Shown: positions 22,351-34,985 of the stretch, one piece after another | Layout: each line of letters opens with the position of its first letter | Numbering within the stretch: the first letter of the stretch is position 1 | Source: Macrostomum lignano | Taxonomy: Eukaryota | Direction: 5' to 3' | Length of the DNA: 64,000 nucleotides | Assembly: GCA_002269645.1 (NCBI GenBank) | Contig: NIVC01002088.1 | Location: 1 to 64,000, forward strand | Position numbers and translations under genes: made by a program | The notes under the pieces: generated by a model | What the model was told of the DNA's origin: nothing | What the model saw: the letters and a program-made list of their open reading frames with translations, nothing else | Database searches by the model: none

Positions 22351-24004
22351 GCCTTAATTTCATATATAGAATATAGGCAGCTTTTAATTTCATATATATA
22401 ATATAGTGATCAGTGTAGCAAATCAACAATTTCAATAGGCCTATTCACTATTTGGTGACTCAGCAAATAAAATTAAGTGTCAACATCAAGTCAATGACAG
22501 GACGGGACTAGGCGTCAGTCTAGCTATATCCTATAGGATGAATTGCAGCATCTAATTCTAACATCTATCTATTTAATTAGGCCTAGGGCCTATTCAAGCC
22601 TAGGACTATGGCTTGAATAGACGTAAATCTAAGATAAGCCATGTCTAACCCAGTATGCATAACACTGTTTAACATTCAACACTGTTCAACACTGTTTAAC
22701 ATTATTAACAGCATAAGTAGAGCGTACCGTCCGTACAACAACTTCCAACAAGTTAATGACGTACATAGTACAATGTGCATGGTCGTTTTGCATGTACACT
22801 GCGAAAACTGTGAGCCCATGCTGGAACAGGTTTCTAAGTTTGATTTTGGAACTCGTATCACGTGAGAGGTGTATCAATTTCCGCTAAGAACTGAATCAAC
22901 TTTCTTGACTTTAACAATTTAACATTATGCTGTCTCTACCTAATCTCCATAGTTTCTTAAGTCAAAATATGTATAACATAGCGTAGCAAGTGTTTAAATT
23001 CTGGCTCACGTAGTACTGAAATATCATTTTAATATACCAAATATAAACAATTTTTTAAGACAAGCAGGCCACGCGTAAAGTCAAACATAGAGTATGCACA
23101 AAACGTCGAACTGCCTATGCACCTCGGCACCCGACGACAACCGGCTAGCCGGGCCAAAAGCTTACAAAATCATCGGGCTAACCGGCAGGAAAGCGCGCTC
23201 TCGAGCTCTCGCTTCTCCCGGCTAGACGGGCCCAAAGCGCGCTCCCATACAATCAAATGGGAGTGTATCAATTGAAAGCTTTTAACGGGTGTTTAATAAC
23301 AATTTGCAGTAGAAAAATCGACGTTTGTTAATATTAATTCGCTTGTATGTAATTTGAAAACAAAATTTACAGGAATGAGCTAGGGTTCCTGTGTTCAACG
23401 TTCAACAAAAGCTTTTAAGGCATATTTGTTGTGCTAGTGCTACTGTGCATTGCTGTGCTGGCCTATGCACTAGACTAAACAAGTGAAGGCTTCGTGTACA
23501 AGATAAATGAAAGGAGCTTTTCTTAAATTTCTTGTGCATTATTATGTGATTGCTTAAGTAATTTTGTTCTATAGTTTAAAGCCTGTCACGTGTCAGTTAA
23601 TTAATAATACAGGCATTTCAAATATAAATGTAGGTTACAGCAGCTTACTGTAACTTATAAGCTGCTTTTATTCAATTATAAAAAGGCTTCAATTCAATTA
23701 AATTCTATTTATTTAGCTATAGCCCTATGTATGTAGGAAAGCCTATTGAGCACTAAGCCTTGGCCTAGCTTATTGACTTGGTCTTAGGCCTAATGAATAG
23801 ATTTAGCTAACTTACTAGATAAAAGCCTTAAAATTTTTGTTTTTTTCTATCTATCTACTTTATGTATACCAATAGGCCTAGACTAAATAACAAACTATAA
23901 AACTAAGCCTACAATATTTTATATCAAATGCCTGATGTTTGACTTATTTTCCTTTCCTTAGTTCCCCTCTCCCCTAACCTTGGATTTCCTCCTTCTAACC
24001 CTAG

Positions 24005-26200
24005 CTTCTCTCCCCCTGACCACTGGCTTCTCTCCCCCTGACCACTGGCTTCTCTCCCCCTGACCCCTCCCTGGCTTCCCTCTATCCTAACCCTTGGCTT
24101 CCCTCCCTTGACCTTGGCTTCCCTCCCCCTGACCCTGGCTTCTCTCCTTACTGACCCCTGATTTCCCTCCCCTGACCCTGGCTTCTCTTCCCTTGACCCT
24201 GGCTTCTTTCCTCCCTGACCCTGGCTTCTCTCTTCCCCTGACCCTGGCTTCTCTCCTCCCCTGACCCTGGCTTCCTTCCCCTAACCCTGGCTTCTCTCCC
24301 CTTGACCCTGGCTTCTCTCCACTTGGCCCTGGCTTCTGTCCCCCTGACCCTGGCTTCCCTTCCCTGATCCTGGCTTCCCTCCCTTGACCCTGGCTTCTCT
24401 CCTCCCCTGAACCTGGCTTCTCTCCCCTGACCCTGGCTTCTTTCTGCCTCGCCTGGTTTTTCTCCTTATTGACCCCTGGCTTCTCTCCCCCTGACCCTGG
24501 CTTCCCTCCCTTGACTCTAGCTTTTCTCCCCCTGACCCTGGCTTCCCTCCCTTGACTCTAGCTTTTCTCCCCCTGACCCTGGCTTCTCTCCGCCTGGCCT
24601 TGGCTTTCCTCCCTTGACCCTGGCTTCTCTCCCCCTGACCCTGGCTTCCCTCCCCTTACCCTGGCTTCTCTCCCCCTGACCCTTGCTTCTCTCCGCCTGG
24701 CCTGGCTTTTCTCCTTACTGACCCCTGGCTTCTCTCTCCCTGACCCTGGCTTTCCTCCCTTGACCCTGGCTTCTCTCCCCCTGACCCTGGCTTCCCTCCC
24801 CTTACCCTGGCTTCCCTCCCCTGACCCTTGCTTCTCTCCGCCTGACCTGGCTTTTCTCCTTACTGACCCCTGGCTTCTCTCTCCCTGACCCTGGCTTCCC
24901 TCCCCTGACCCTGGCTTCTCTCCCGCTGGCCTTGGCTTCCCTCCCTTGACCCTGGCTTCTCTCCCCTGACCCTCGCTTCCTTCCTCTGACCCTGGCTTCT
25001 CTCCTCCCCTGACCCTAGCTTCTCTCCCCTGACCCTGGCTTCCTTCTCCTGACCCTGGCTTCTCTCCTCTTCTGACCCTAGCTTCTCTCCCCTGACCCTG
25101 GCTTCCTTCCCCTGACCCTGGCTTCCTTCCCTTGACCCTGGCTTCCCTCCCTTGACCCTGGCTTCTCTCCACTTGGCCCTGGCTTCTCTCCCCCTGACCC
25201 TGGCTTCCCTCCCGGCCCCCTGATCCTGGCTTCCCTCCCCTGACCCTGGCTTCTCTCTGCCTGGCCCTGGCTTTTCTCCTTACTGACCCCTGGCTTCCCT
25301 CCCTCCTGACCCTGGCTTCTCTCCTCCCCTGACCCTGGCTTCTCTCCTCCCCTGACCCTGGCTTCTCTCCTCCCCTGACCCTGGCTTCTCTCTCCCTGAC
25401 CCTGGCTTCCCTCCCCTGACCCTGGTTTCTCTCCCCCTGACCTTGGCTTCCCTCCCTTGACCCTGACTTCTCTCCTCCCCTGACCCTGGCTTCTCTCCTT
25501 ACTGACCCCTGGCTTCTCTCTTCCCTCACCCTGGCTTCTCTCCCCTTGACCCTGGCTTCTCTCCACTTGGCCCTGGCTTCTGTCCCCCTGACCCTGGCTT
25601 CCTTTCCCTGACCCTGGCTTCCTTCCCCTGACCCTGGCTTCCTTCCCTTGACCCTGGCTTCCCTCCCTTGACCCTGGCTTCCTTCCCCTGACTTTGGCTT
25701 CTCTCCCCTTGACCCTGGCTTCTCTCCACTTGGCCCTGGCTTCTGTCCCCCTGACCCTGGCTTCCTTCCCCTGACTTTGGCTTCTCTCCCCTTGACCCTG
25801 GCTTCTCTCCACTTGGCCCTGGCTTCTCTCCCCTGACCCTGGCTTCCCTCTCTTGACCCTAGCTTCTCTCCCCTTGACCCTTGCTTCTCTCCACTTGGCC
25901 CTGGCTTCTGTCCCCCTGACCCTGGCTTCCTTCCCCTGACCCTGGCTTCCTTCCCTTGACCCTGGCTTCCCTCCCTTGACCCTGGCTTCTCTCCTCCCCT
26001 GACCCTGGCTTCTCTTCCCCTGACCCTGGCTTCCCTCCCTTGACTCTAGCTTTCCTCCCTTGACCCTGGCTTCTCTCCCCTGACCCTGGCTTCCCTCTCT
26101 TGACCCTAGCTTCTCTCCCCCTGACCCTGGCTTCTCTCCGCCTGGCCTGGCTTTTCTCCTTACTGACCCCTGGCTTCTCTCTCCCTGACCCTGGCTTCCC
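24005..26200 (+). repeat. ~20-bp CT-rich variable minisatellite (TGACCCTGGCTTCYCTCCCC), left arm
   Basis: About 100 variable units. Confidence 0.95.
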
Positions 26201-26877
26201 TCACTCCTGACCAGTGGCTCTGCCTCCTTGCTCTTTCCCCCCTGGTCTGCCTCCTGGTTTTCTGCCCTCTGCTCTGTCCGCACGGCTTTGCTTCCTGCTC
26301 TGCCCTCCCTGCTATCTGCTCTACCCTGCTTCTCCGCCCTCTGCTAAAGTAGTCTCGTATTAGTACCAAGCAGCACAGCTTATTGAAAGCATATTCTTCC
26401 TTCAGAAAAAGCTACCGGTGAAGCCCAGCTGCTGTACCATTGGCACCTTTGCTTTGGTCACCGTCTCGAACAACGCTGCTGCGGCCGGGACTGCCACTGG
26501 TTCTGCTCGAACAGCCGCCTCGAACGCTACAGTCGGTGCAAAGCGTACCAAAATCTTCAGCAATGCGGTGATCGTATCAAAGTTAGCTCAGAATGGAACG
26601 GTCGTTGAAAGCATTTTGTCTTGAGCTGTCAGCAAATGGAAATTCGTATCATTGACAGTTCATGTTAGCTTTATTTACAGTCAATTTTTTTAACTTTGTT
26701 TATCTGTACCTTTTACCCTTGCTCTACTTTTATCCATAACTTGTTAGTTTCTTGCTCATGTACTCTATGCATGCACATATACACGCATTAGTACTTCCGA
26801 TCACCGTTAGTGAGGTTTCACAAGTCACCAATAGCCATAACACAAAAGCCATACATTGACAAGCCATATCTAATTTT

Positions 26878-27730
26878 GGCAGGAGCTGAGAGCGGGAAGG
26901 TGGCGGGAGCTGAGAGCGGGAAGGTGGCGGGAGCTGAGAGCGGGAAGGTGGCAGGAGCTGAGAGCGGGAAGGTGGCATGAGCTGAGAGCGGGAAGGTGGC
27001 GGGAGCTGAGAGCGGGAAGGTGGCGGGAGCTGAGAGCGGGAAGGTGGCATGAGCTGAGAGCGGGAAGGTGGCGGGAGCTGAGAGCGGGAAGGTGGCATGA
27101 GCTGAGAGCGGGAAGGTGGCGGGAGCTGAGAGCGGGAAGGTGGCGGGAGCTGAGAGCGGGAAGGTGGCATGAGCTGAGAGCGGGAAGGTGGCGGGAGCTG
27201 AGAGCGGGAAGGTGGCGGGAGCTGAGAGCGGGAAGGTGGCATGAGCTGAGAGCGGGAAGGTGGCGGGAGCTGAGAGCGGGAAGGTGGCGGGAGCTGAGAG
27301 CGGGAAGGTGGCGGGAGCTGAGAGCGGGAAGGTGGCATGAGCTGAGAGCGGGAAGGTGGCGGGAGCTGAGAGCGGGAAGGTGGCGGGAGCTGAGAGCGGG
27401 AAGGTGGCATGAGCTGAGAGCGGGAAGGTGGCGGGAGCTGAGAGCGGGAAGGTGGCATGAGCTGAGAGCGGAAGGTGGCGGGAGCTGAGAGCGGGAAGGT
27501 GGCGGGAGCTGAGAGCGGGAAGGTGGCATGAGCTGAGAGCGGGAAGGTGGCGGAGCTGAGAGCGGGAAGGTGGCGGGAGCTGAGAGCGGGAAGGTGGCGG
27601 GAGCTGAGAGCGGGAAGGTGGCGGGAGCTGAGAGCGGGAAGGTGGCATGAGCTGAGAGCGGGAAGGTGGCATGAGCTGAGAGCGGGAAGGTGGCATGAGC
27701 TGAGAGCGGGAAGGTGGCGGAAGTTGAGAG
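26878..27730 (+). repeat. 24-bp minisatellite GGGAGCTGAGAGCGGGAAGGTGGC / ATGAGCTG.. variant
   Basis: About 35 highly homogeneous units. Confidence 0.97.
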
Positions 27731-28114
27731 CTGAGAGGTTTGACCAAAGGACTGTCGTCGCGCTCTAACAGTGTGGCTGAAACTGACAACTTGTACCTTC
27801 TGCGTATTTTATATTTTGGTCAAAAAATCATAAGTTGACTTGTAGGTGTTCACGTCGTGGTACGTTCGTTTTTGCGGCTGTTGCTAAGTCTTTTGGAATT
27901 GTTAAATCGAATTGTCCGTGTTCTTTTCTCGTTTTTTATTATAGTGTGCCATTTAGTGTACCTGAATTGTGCCATTTTTTGACAAACGACAAAGAGAAAA
28001 TACTAGTAGCTGACAATGGAATGTGCGATGAGCGAGAAAAATAAAGTATATGTTGTACAAAAACTGAGAAATAATTGTTCTTTTTTGTTTGCAATAAAAA
28101 GCCAATAAACGGAA

Positions 28115-28535
28115 GAGAAGTTGAAGTGGATGAGTCCAATTTTTTCATCGCAAATACCACCAGGGAGCATACCGCGAGGGCCACTGGGTGCTTGGGATGG
28201 TCGAGCAAGGTACACGCAAATGCATGATGGTACAAGTACCCAACCGTTCTGCTGAGTCAGATTATTCAGCAGTGTGTTGCCTGGGACACGCATTTTAACT
28301 GACGGCTGGCAGGTATATAGTGCGCTTCCCCAGGTGTTTGTCAATCACCGTCTGCATTTCGTTGATCCGAACGATCCAACTGTGTCCACAAACAACATCG
28401 AAGGCACCTGGGCACTCGTGAAGGCGAAGTTTTGCAGCCAGCATGGCGCTAGTGACGACCTTTTTTGAGTCCCATCTTAGCGAGTTCCTCTGGCGCCAAC
28501 TCTAGCCAGAGAAGTGCTTTGGGAACTTCCTGTAC
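28115..28535 (+). pseudogene. Merlin / ISXO2-like (IS1595 family) DDE transposase relic
   Basis: With frameshifts it reads EVEVDESNF..HRKYHQGAYREGHWVLGMVE..C..V.VPNRS..LPGTRILTDGWQVYSAL..VNHRLHFVDP.D..VSTNNIEGTWALVK..FESHLSEFLWR, matching the DE / T-I-x-T-D-x-W / N-H / IE-x-x-W / L-x-E-F-x-W-R motif series of this family. Confidence 0.88.
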
Positions 28536-29797
28536 TAGGGGAATATAGCTGTGTGACGCTATTTTTAAGACCTTAAGTATGCTCTAATAAACTTGTTTTA
28601 GTTCGTTTGTTTAAAAAACTTGGACATGCTAAAAAGCCTTATTGATGAAAGCGCCACATACAATTACGTATGTACCCTTGTACATGTACGAGTTACTGTC
28701 GATTTCTAACAATTTAAATAAATATTTCTTCCAGCGCTTATGTGACTTCTGCGATATAATGTACCTGCATTGAGTAAGGTGGTGTGGTGGGTGTTGAGTG
28801 GTGTGGTGTACAATAGGATACATTCTAGAAAGTGGTATAAATCGATACACATGCACTATACACTGTAGCTCGTCGATATATTGGATCGAGTTCATGTATT
28901 TCGGGCTGTTAGAAAAGGGATAGAATTTTGAGATTATTATCGATGGTAACTTGCGTTACTCGTACAGTACTTCATCACGCATAGCGCTATGCAACTCATT
29001 AAAAAATGAGGTAGGTGTTAGTGTGTTCTGTGTAGGTGCCAATGTTGGGGCGTAGCGAGGAGGGGTCATTAGCACTTGAGAGGGCACCAATAAAGTACGG
29101 AAGCGATTCTGAATGGCTTCAATGGAATTTCTTATATTAATACGTATACATGGAAGTACACGGAAGACAGAACGGACGTCCGCATGCGACTCCTGCCGTT
29201 CCCTGAATTTAGTGCGTGCACCTCTGGACTGTTAAGAAATTTAGTTAAGAATCTTCTTTAAAATAAGAATCACAGCTTCATGCACGTGTGCTACGAGTAA
29301 TTGCTTTCCAGGACGTGAACTCTACGACTATACATGTAAGTGCAAAATGTATTGACATACAATAGAATATACCTGAACACAGTTTCTACCTACAAATAAG
29401 GCGCATACATGTACATGGCCATGTTTATCATGCCATATTGGTAACATTATTTATGACTTGTGGAACTCACAAACTGTGATCTACACATGTATCATATACG
29501 TACATCCCATACATCATATATACAGTTACATGAGCTAGAAATTACATGTAACAGAATAATAGCCAAGTGACTTGACCATACGTACGTACGAAGAAGTACA
29601 AGCGATTATACATTGATTCCAGTGAAGACTCCCTAGAACTCGCCCTCTATAGTATGCATCCTGCTGTAATTTAGTTGAACACTCTCAGCTGTTGATAGAG
29701 TATGCTTGATTAGTGGTCAAGCTCCCCTGAACAAAACTAGCGGCTGATCCGGGTTTTTTATAGGTACACGCCAAAAGGCATAGCCGCCACGTACCAG

Positions 29798-30071
29798 AAC
29801 AACAACAACAGAATACGCAGTTAGCGTCACACGGCGCGCCTCAAAGGCCAGGTCGCGAATGAACGCCACGCCGCCGGCTCCGGGGCGCCAGCATCAGCCA
29901 GCAGGCAGCTAGTCGAGTCGAAACGCCGAGTGCGCGCCTGTCCCCGCCGGTAGGGCCGGTGCCTGCAGCGTCAGCAGCAGCACCTCCTGCACCTGCTTTG
30001 GCCAGTACGATTCGGCGCGGATGATGTGGCCTGCCAGCTGGGAGTCGCCGACGGCGCAACAGGTCGCTTGG
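29798..30071 (-). mobile_element. 5'-truncated RTE-clade LINE 3' end with (TTG)n tail
   Basis: RRRRL.LAGHIIRAE-type C-terminus; same family as 43909-44153; near-perfect flanking repeat ACGYACCAG (29789-29797, 30072-30080). Confidence 0.8.
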
Positions 30072-32699
30072 ACGCACCAGGCCGGCGCGGTGATACAAAT
30101 TTGTTTTATTATTGTTTGTTTTCCCGCGAGGCCGAACCACCGCGGTCCCCGCCGGGAACCCCAGCTTCATTTCCTATAGAGTCGCCCACCAACTAAAGAT
30201 CCCCCTTATGCAAAAGTCTTTACATTCCTCATTTCCAGATTCCAGCACTGACTACAAGTAAACCGTCCCTTGTATGCCTCCTCGCATAGAGTCCATTAGG
30301 GTGTTACATGTACGTGCCATTTCTAGTAGTGTCGAGTTTTTCGGTGTACTCCTGCATAAGTGACTGCAGAGGCGGCTACGCCCTTCGGCAAACAATTACA
30401 ACCCGCGGGCCCGCGCTGTCGAGATAATTGAAACTTGACCGCAACGTCAGCTACAAAACAGCATCCAGAGGTGGAGAAGTCCATGTGAGGCATGCATGGA
30501 GGCTGGTAATTTTCAGCGCTAGAGCCAGAGGTTTACAGATATTCTCAGGCAGCCCCCGGGTTTCGTCACATGACTTGGATCTAGCCGAAAACTTAATTTG
30601 TAGTTCGCTCCTGGCAGCGCGAACAGGTTGGTAGGCGACTGAAGCAGCATCGGCAGCTGTGTGCACCGCGCATCGGCTGTTTTGACAGCTCCCCAGACTA
30701 GCAGTCCGACTGAATCAGTAACTGCTGCGAGCCCCCGCCCTTATTTTGCCGCTTTCCCTGCGTTGCTGAAGCCCAATTCGACCCTACATGTATGAATATG
30801 CGTAAATTTTTAATACACAATAAGTGAGTCTTCCTTGCTAGACCCCTGCCTCAGGTTTGCTCCATGCAACCACTATAGCCGGAATACCCATGGCCCACCA
30901 GGGTGAGCGCTCATCAGAATCGCATGAAGATTTCTCTCTTGAGCACTTTTACTAATACACCATTAACAGACATTTCATGGTCTATTCAGGAGCACCAAGC
31001 TTGCAACCAAGACCTTATATAACAATGGTTGTCAAAGGGCACAGTGCATATTCCAGCATGCGGGGACTATTCAACTACATCGAATGTGAGAAGCAGAACT
31101 CTCACTCCAGAGTACTCTGAGGGCTTCTCAGAAGCAGGAGCACCCACTCCCTCCTTCATGACGCCGCCTGGACTGCAGACCCCTCAAAAAAGCGTACGTC
31201 ACCGCTCAGCACAAAACTGAATGCCCATGCAGCAAATGTGCACCGCTGACGATCGAGCGCACTTTTGTTCACTTCAGCGCCCTACACCAAGGCAGCGTCC
31301 TTTCTTGCCAGTGCAGGAACTCTCGGCAGCTTGCTGGGAGCATTCGAAACATGCTTAAGCTGCACCACTAAGAGCGAAATAAAATATGAGTTCACTGAGA
31401 AAAATTTACTTCTGGAGTGTAAAGCTAAATCAACAAAATTTTGCGGAGCGCGATGCTATTTAGGAAATACTCCAGAAACACAAAACCAAGTTTTCGACAA
31501 AATTATATGACCAACTAAAATCGGAAAGCTCCTGGTCATAACTGTATGTAACATGAAAGTTTATATCTGTATTTTTGCACGCGTCTTCATGAAGAGCAGT
31601 AATGTTTAAAAAATTAACTGCGGTAACAACAAAAAACACCTGTCAGTTCCTTGTAGAAATATAAGAACCTGTAAAAACAACAGGATTTTGACAGTATAAG
31701 GGGTTGGTCATTGTTGTCCACAATGGTACAGCCGAAATTATTTTGGATTATTTGCTTAAACTGAAAGCCTGACACTGAAGTCTAGTGGCACTTGCTCTGA
31801 GCTTTGTGATCAAGGATTGAATTAAAATGGCACACGTTGAACACCACCCTGTCACAGAGCAGTATCGTCTCGAAAAAATGTCTCTCAGAAATCACAGCAA
31901 AAATATATGAAGCTCCGATGTTACAAACTGCATTGACTCGAAAAAATGCTTTTACAAATAGAAAATCCACCCATAAACAACCTAAAAACACGTCACTAAA
32001 AACGTCGAGTGTGGCTCCCATTGCACAGGGAGTAATGCGAGTAGCAATATTGGAAAAGGGCGATGACAAATGGGTGCTTTTGTTGAGCTTTACAAGATCT
32101 GAACATGTATTAACAGAATTCGGTGATCTCAATGTTAAAAGAATTGACGACATATATTAAAGAATTAAAAAATAGCTTTGGCGGAGCCAGCTTCAGTTTC
32201 GGCTGCAGCAGCGATGTTTGAGGCGGCTGCTTAAGCGGAACCAGCGGCAGACCCGGCCGTAACGGTTGCACCAGATGTCAGCGTATCAGAGCTCATAGTG
32301 GCGGTACTTACAAACTAATTTCAGCTCAGTGTGCACACATAGTAGAAAGCTCGCGCTTGGATAGCTTTTGTGGGTGAACAGCTGCTTGTTTGTTGCTAGG
32401 CCAATCGCACCAGAGGCAAAAGCAAGGTGCCAATGGTACAGCAGCTGGGCTTCACCGGTAGCTTTTTCTGAAGGAAGAATGTGCTTTCAATAAGCTGTGC
32501 TGCTTGGTACTAATACGAGACTACTTTAGCAGAGGGCGGAGAAGCAGGGTAGAGCAGACAGCAGGGAGCAAGCAGCGGGGGCAGAGCAGGGGGCAGAAAA
32601 CCAGAGGACGGAAAAGCAGGGGGCAAAGTAGCAAGGTAGAGCAGACAGCAGACGTCAGAGCAAGAGGGCAGAAGTTACGGGTCAAGAGGGTCAGGAGAG

Positions 32700-34985
32700 A
32701 GGGAGCCATGGGTCAAGAGGGAAGGAAACAGGGGTCAGGAGGGAGGGAATCCAGGGTCAAGAGGGAGGGAAGCCAGGGTCAGGGGAGGGAAGCCAGGGTC
32801 AGGGAGGGAAGCCAGGGTTAGGGAAAGAGAAGCCAGGGGTCAGTAAAGAGGGAAGCCAGGGTCAGGGGAGGGAAGCCAGGGTCAGGGGAGGGAAGCCAGG
32901 GTCAGGGGAGGGAAGCCAAGGCCAGGCGGAGAGAAGCCAGGGTCAGGGGAAGGAAGCCAGGGTCAGGGGAGGGAAGCCAGGGTCAGGGAGAGAGAAGCCA
33001 GGGGTCAGTAAGGAGAAAAGCCAGGCCAGGCGGAGAGAAGCCAGGGTCAGGGGGAGAGAAGCTAGGGTCAAGAGAGGGAAGCCAGGGTCAGGGGAGAGAA
33101 GCCAGGGTCAAGGGAGGAAAGCCAAGGCCAGGCGGAGAGAAGCCAGGGTCAGGGGGAGAAAAGCTAGAGTCAAGGGAGGGAAGCCAGGGTCAGGGGGAGA
33201 GAAGCCAGGGTCAGGGGAGGAGAGAAGCCAGGGTCAAGGGAGGGAAGCCAGGGTCAAGGGAAGGAAGCCAGGGTCAGGGGAAGGAAGCCAGGGTCAGGGG
33301 AAGGAAGCCAGGGTCAGGGGACAGAAGCCAGGGCCAAGTGGAGAGAAGCAAGGGTCAAGGGGAGAGAAGCCAAAGTCAGGGGGGGAAGGAAGCCAGGGTC
33401 AGGGGACAGAAGCCAGGGCCAAGTGGAGAGAAGCCAGGGTCAAGGGGAGAGAAGCAAAGTCAGGGAAGGAAGCCAGGGTCAAGGGAGGGAAGCCAGGGTC
33501 AAGGGAAGGAAGCCAGGGTCAGGGGAAGGAAGCCAGGGTCAGGGGAAGGAAGCCAGGGTCAGGGGGACAGAAGCCAGGGCCAAGTGGAGAGAAGCCAGGG
33601 TCAAGGGAGGGAAGCCAAGGTCAGAGGAGAGAAGCCAGGGTCAGGGGAGGGAAGCCAGGGTCAGGGAGAGAGAAGCCAGGGTCAGGGGAGGAGAGAAGCC
33701 AGGGTCAGGGGGAGAAAAGCTAGAGTCAAGGGAGGGAAGCCAGGGTCAGGGGGAGAGAAGCCAGGGTCAGGGGAGGAGGGAAGCCAGGGTCAAGGGAGGG
33801 AAGCCAGGGTCAGGTGGAGAGAAGCCAGGGGTCAGTAAGGAGAAAACCAGGCGAGGCAGAAAGAAGCCAGGGTCAGGGGAGAGAAGCCTGGGTCAGGGGA
33901 GGAGAGAAGCCAGGGTCAGGGGAAGGAAGCGAGGGTCAGGGGAGAGAAGCCAGGGTCAAGGGAGGGAAGCCAGGGTCAGGGAGAGAGAAGCCAGGGGTCA
34001 GTAAGGAGAAAAGCCAGGCCAGGCGGAGAGAAGCAAGGGTCAGGGGAGGGAAGCCAGGGTAAGGGGAGGGAAGCAAGGGTCAGGGGAGGAGGGAAGCCAG
34101 GGTCAAGGGAGGGAAGCCAGGGTCAGGGGAAGGAAGCAAGGGTCAGGGGGAGAGAAGCCAGGGGTCAGTAAGGAGAAAAACCAGGCGGGGGAAAAAGACG
34201 CCAGGGTCAGGGGAGGAGAGAAGCCAGGGTCAAGGGAGGGAAGCCAGGGTCAGGGGGAGAGAAGCCAGGGTCAGGGGAGGAGGGAAGGCAGGGTCAAGGG
34301 AGGGAAGCCAGGGTCAGGGCAGGGAAGCCAGGGTCAGGGGGAGAGAAGCCAGGGTCAGGGGGAGAAAAGCTAGAGTCAAGGGAGGGAAGCCAGGGTCAGG
34401 GCAGGGAAGCCAGGGTCAGGGGGAGAGAAGCCAGGGTCAGGGGGAGAAAAGCTAGAGTCAAGGGAGGGAAGCCAGGGTCAGGGGGAGAAAAGCTAGAGTC
34501 AAGGGAGGGAAGCCAGGGTCAGGAGGAGAGAAGCCAGGGGTCAGTAAGGAGAAAAACCAGGCGAGGCAGAAAGAAGCCAGGGTCAGGGGAGAGAAGCCAG
34601 GTTCAGGGAGGAGAGAAGCCAGGGTCAAGGGAGGGAAGCCAGGATCAGGGAAGGGAAGCCAGGGTCAGGGGGACAGAAGCCAGGGCCAAGTGGAGAGAAG
34701 CCAGGGTCAAGGGGAGAGAAGCCAGGGTTAGGGGAAGGAAGCCAGGGTCAGGGGAGGAGAGAAGCCAGGGTCAGGGGAAGAGAGAAGCCAGGGTCAGGGG
34801 AGGAAAGAAGCCAGGGTCAAGGGGAGAGAAGCCAGGGTTAGGGGAAGGAAGCCAGGGTCAGGGGAGGAAAGAAGCCAGGGTCAGGGGAAGAGAGAAGCCA
34901 GGGTCAGGGGAGGAAAGAAGCCAGGGTCAAGGGAAGAGAAGCCAGGGTCAGGGGGAGAGAAGCCAGTGGTCAGGGGGAGAGAAGC
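32700..34985 (-). repeat. Same ~20-bp minisatellite in reverse orientation, right arm
   Basis: Units GCCAGGGTCAGGGGRGRGAA; source of the spurious GSQGQG/EARV ORFs. Confidence 0.95.

Noticed and set aside
24558-26283. 300-400 aa G/S/Q/R ORFs here and at 33338-34062
   Set aside because: Open frames of the arm minisatellite; frames shift repeatedly and there is no start context.
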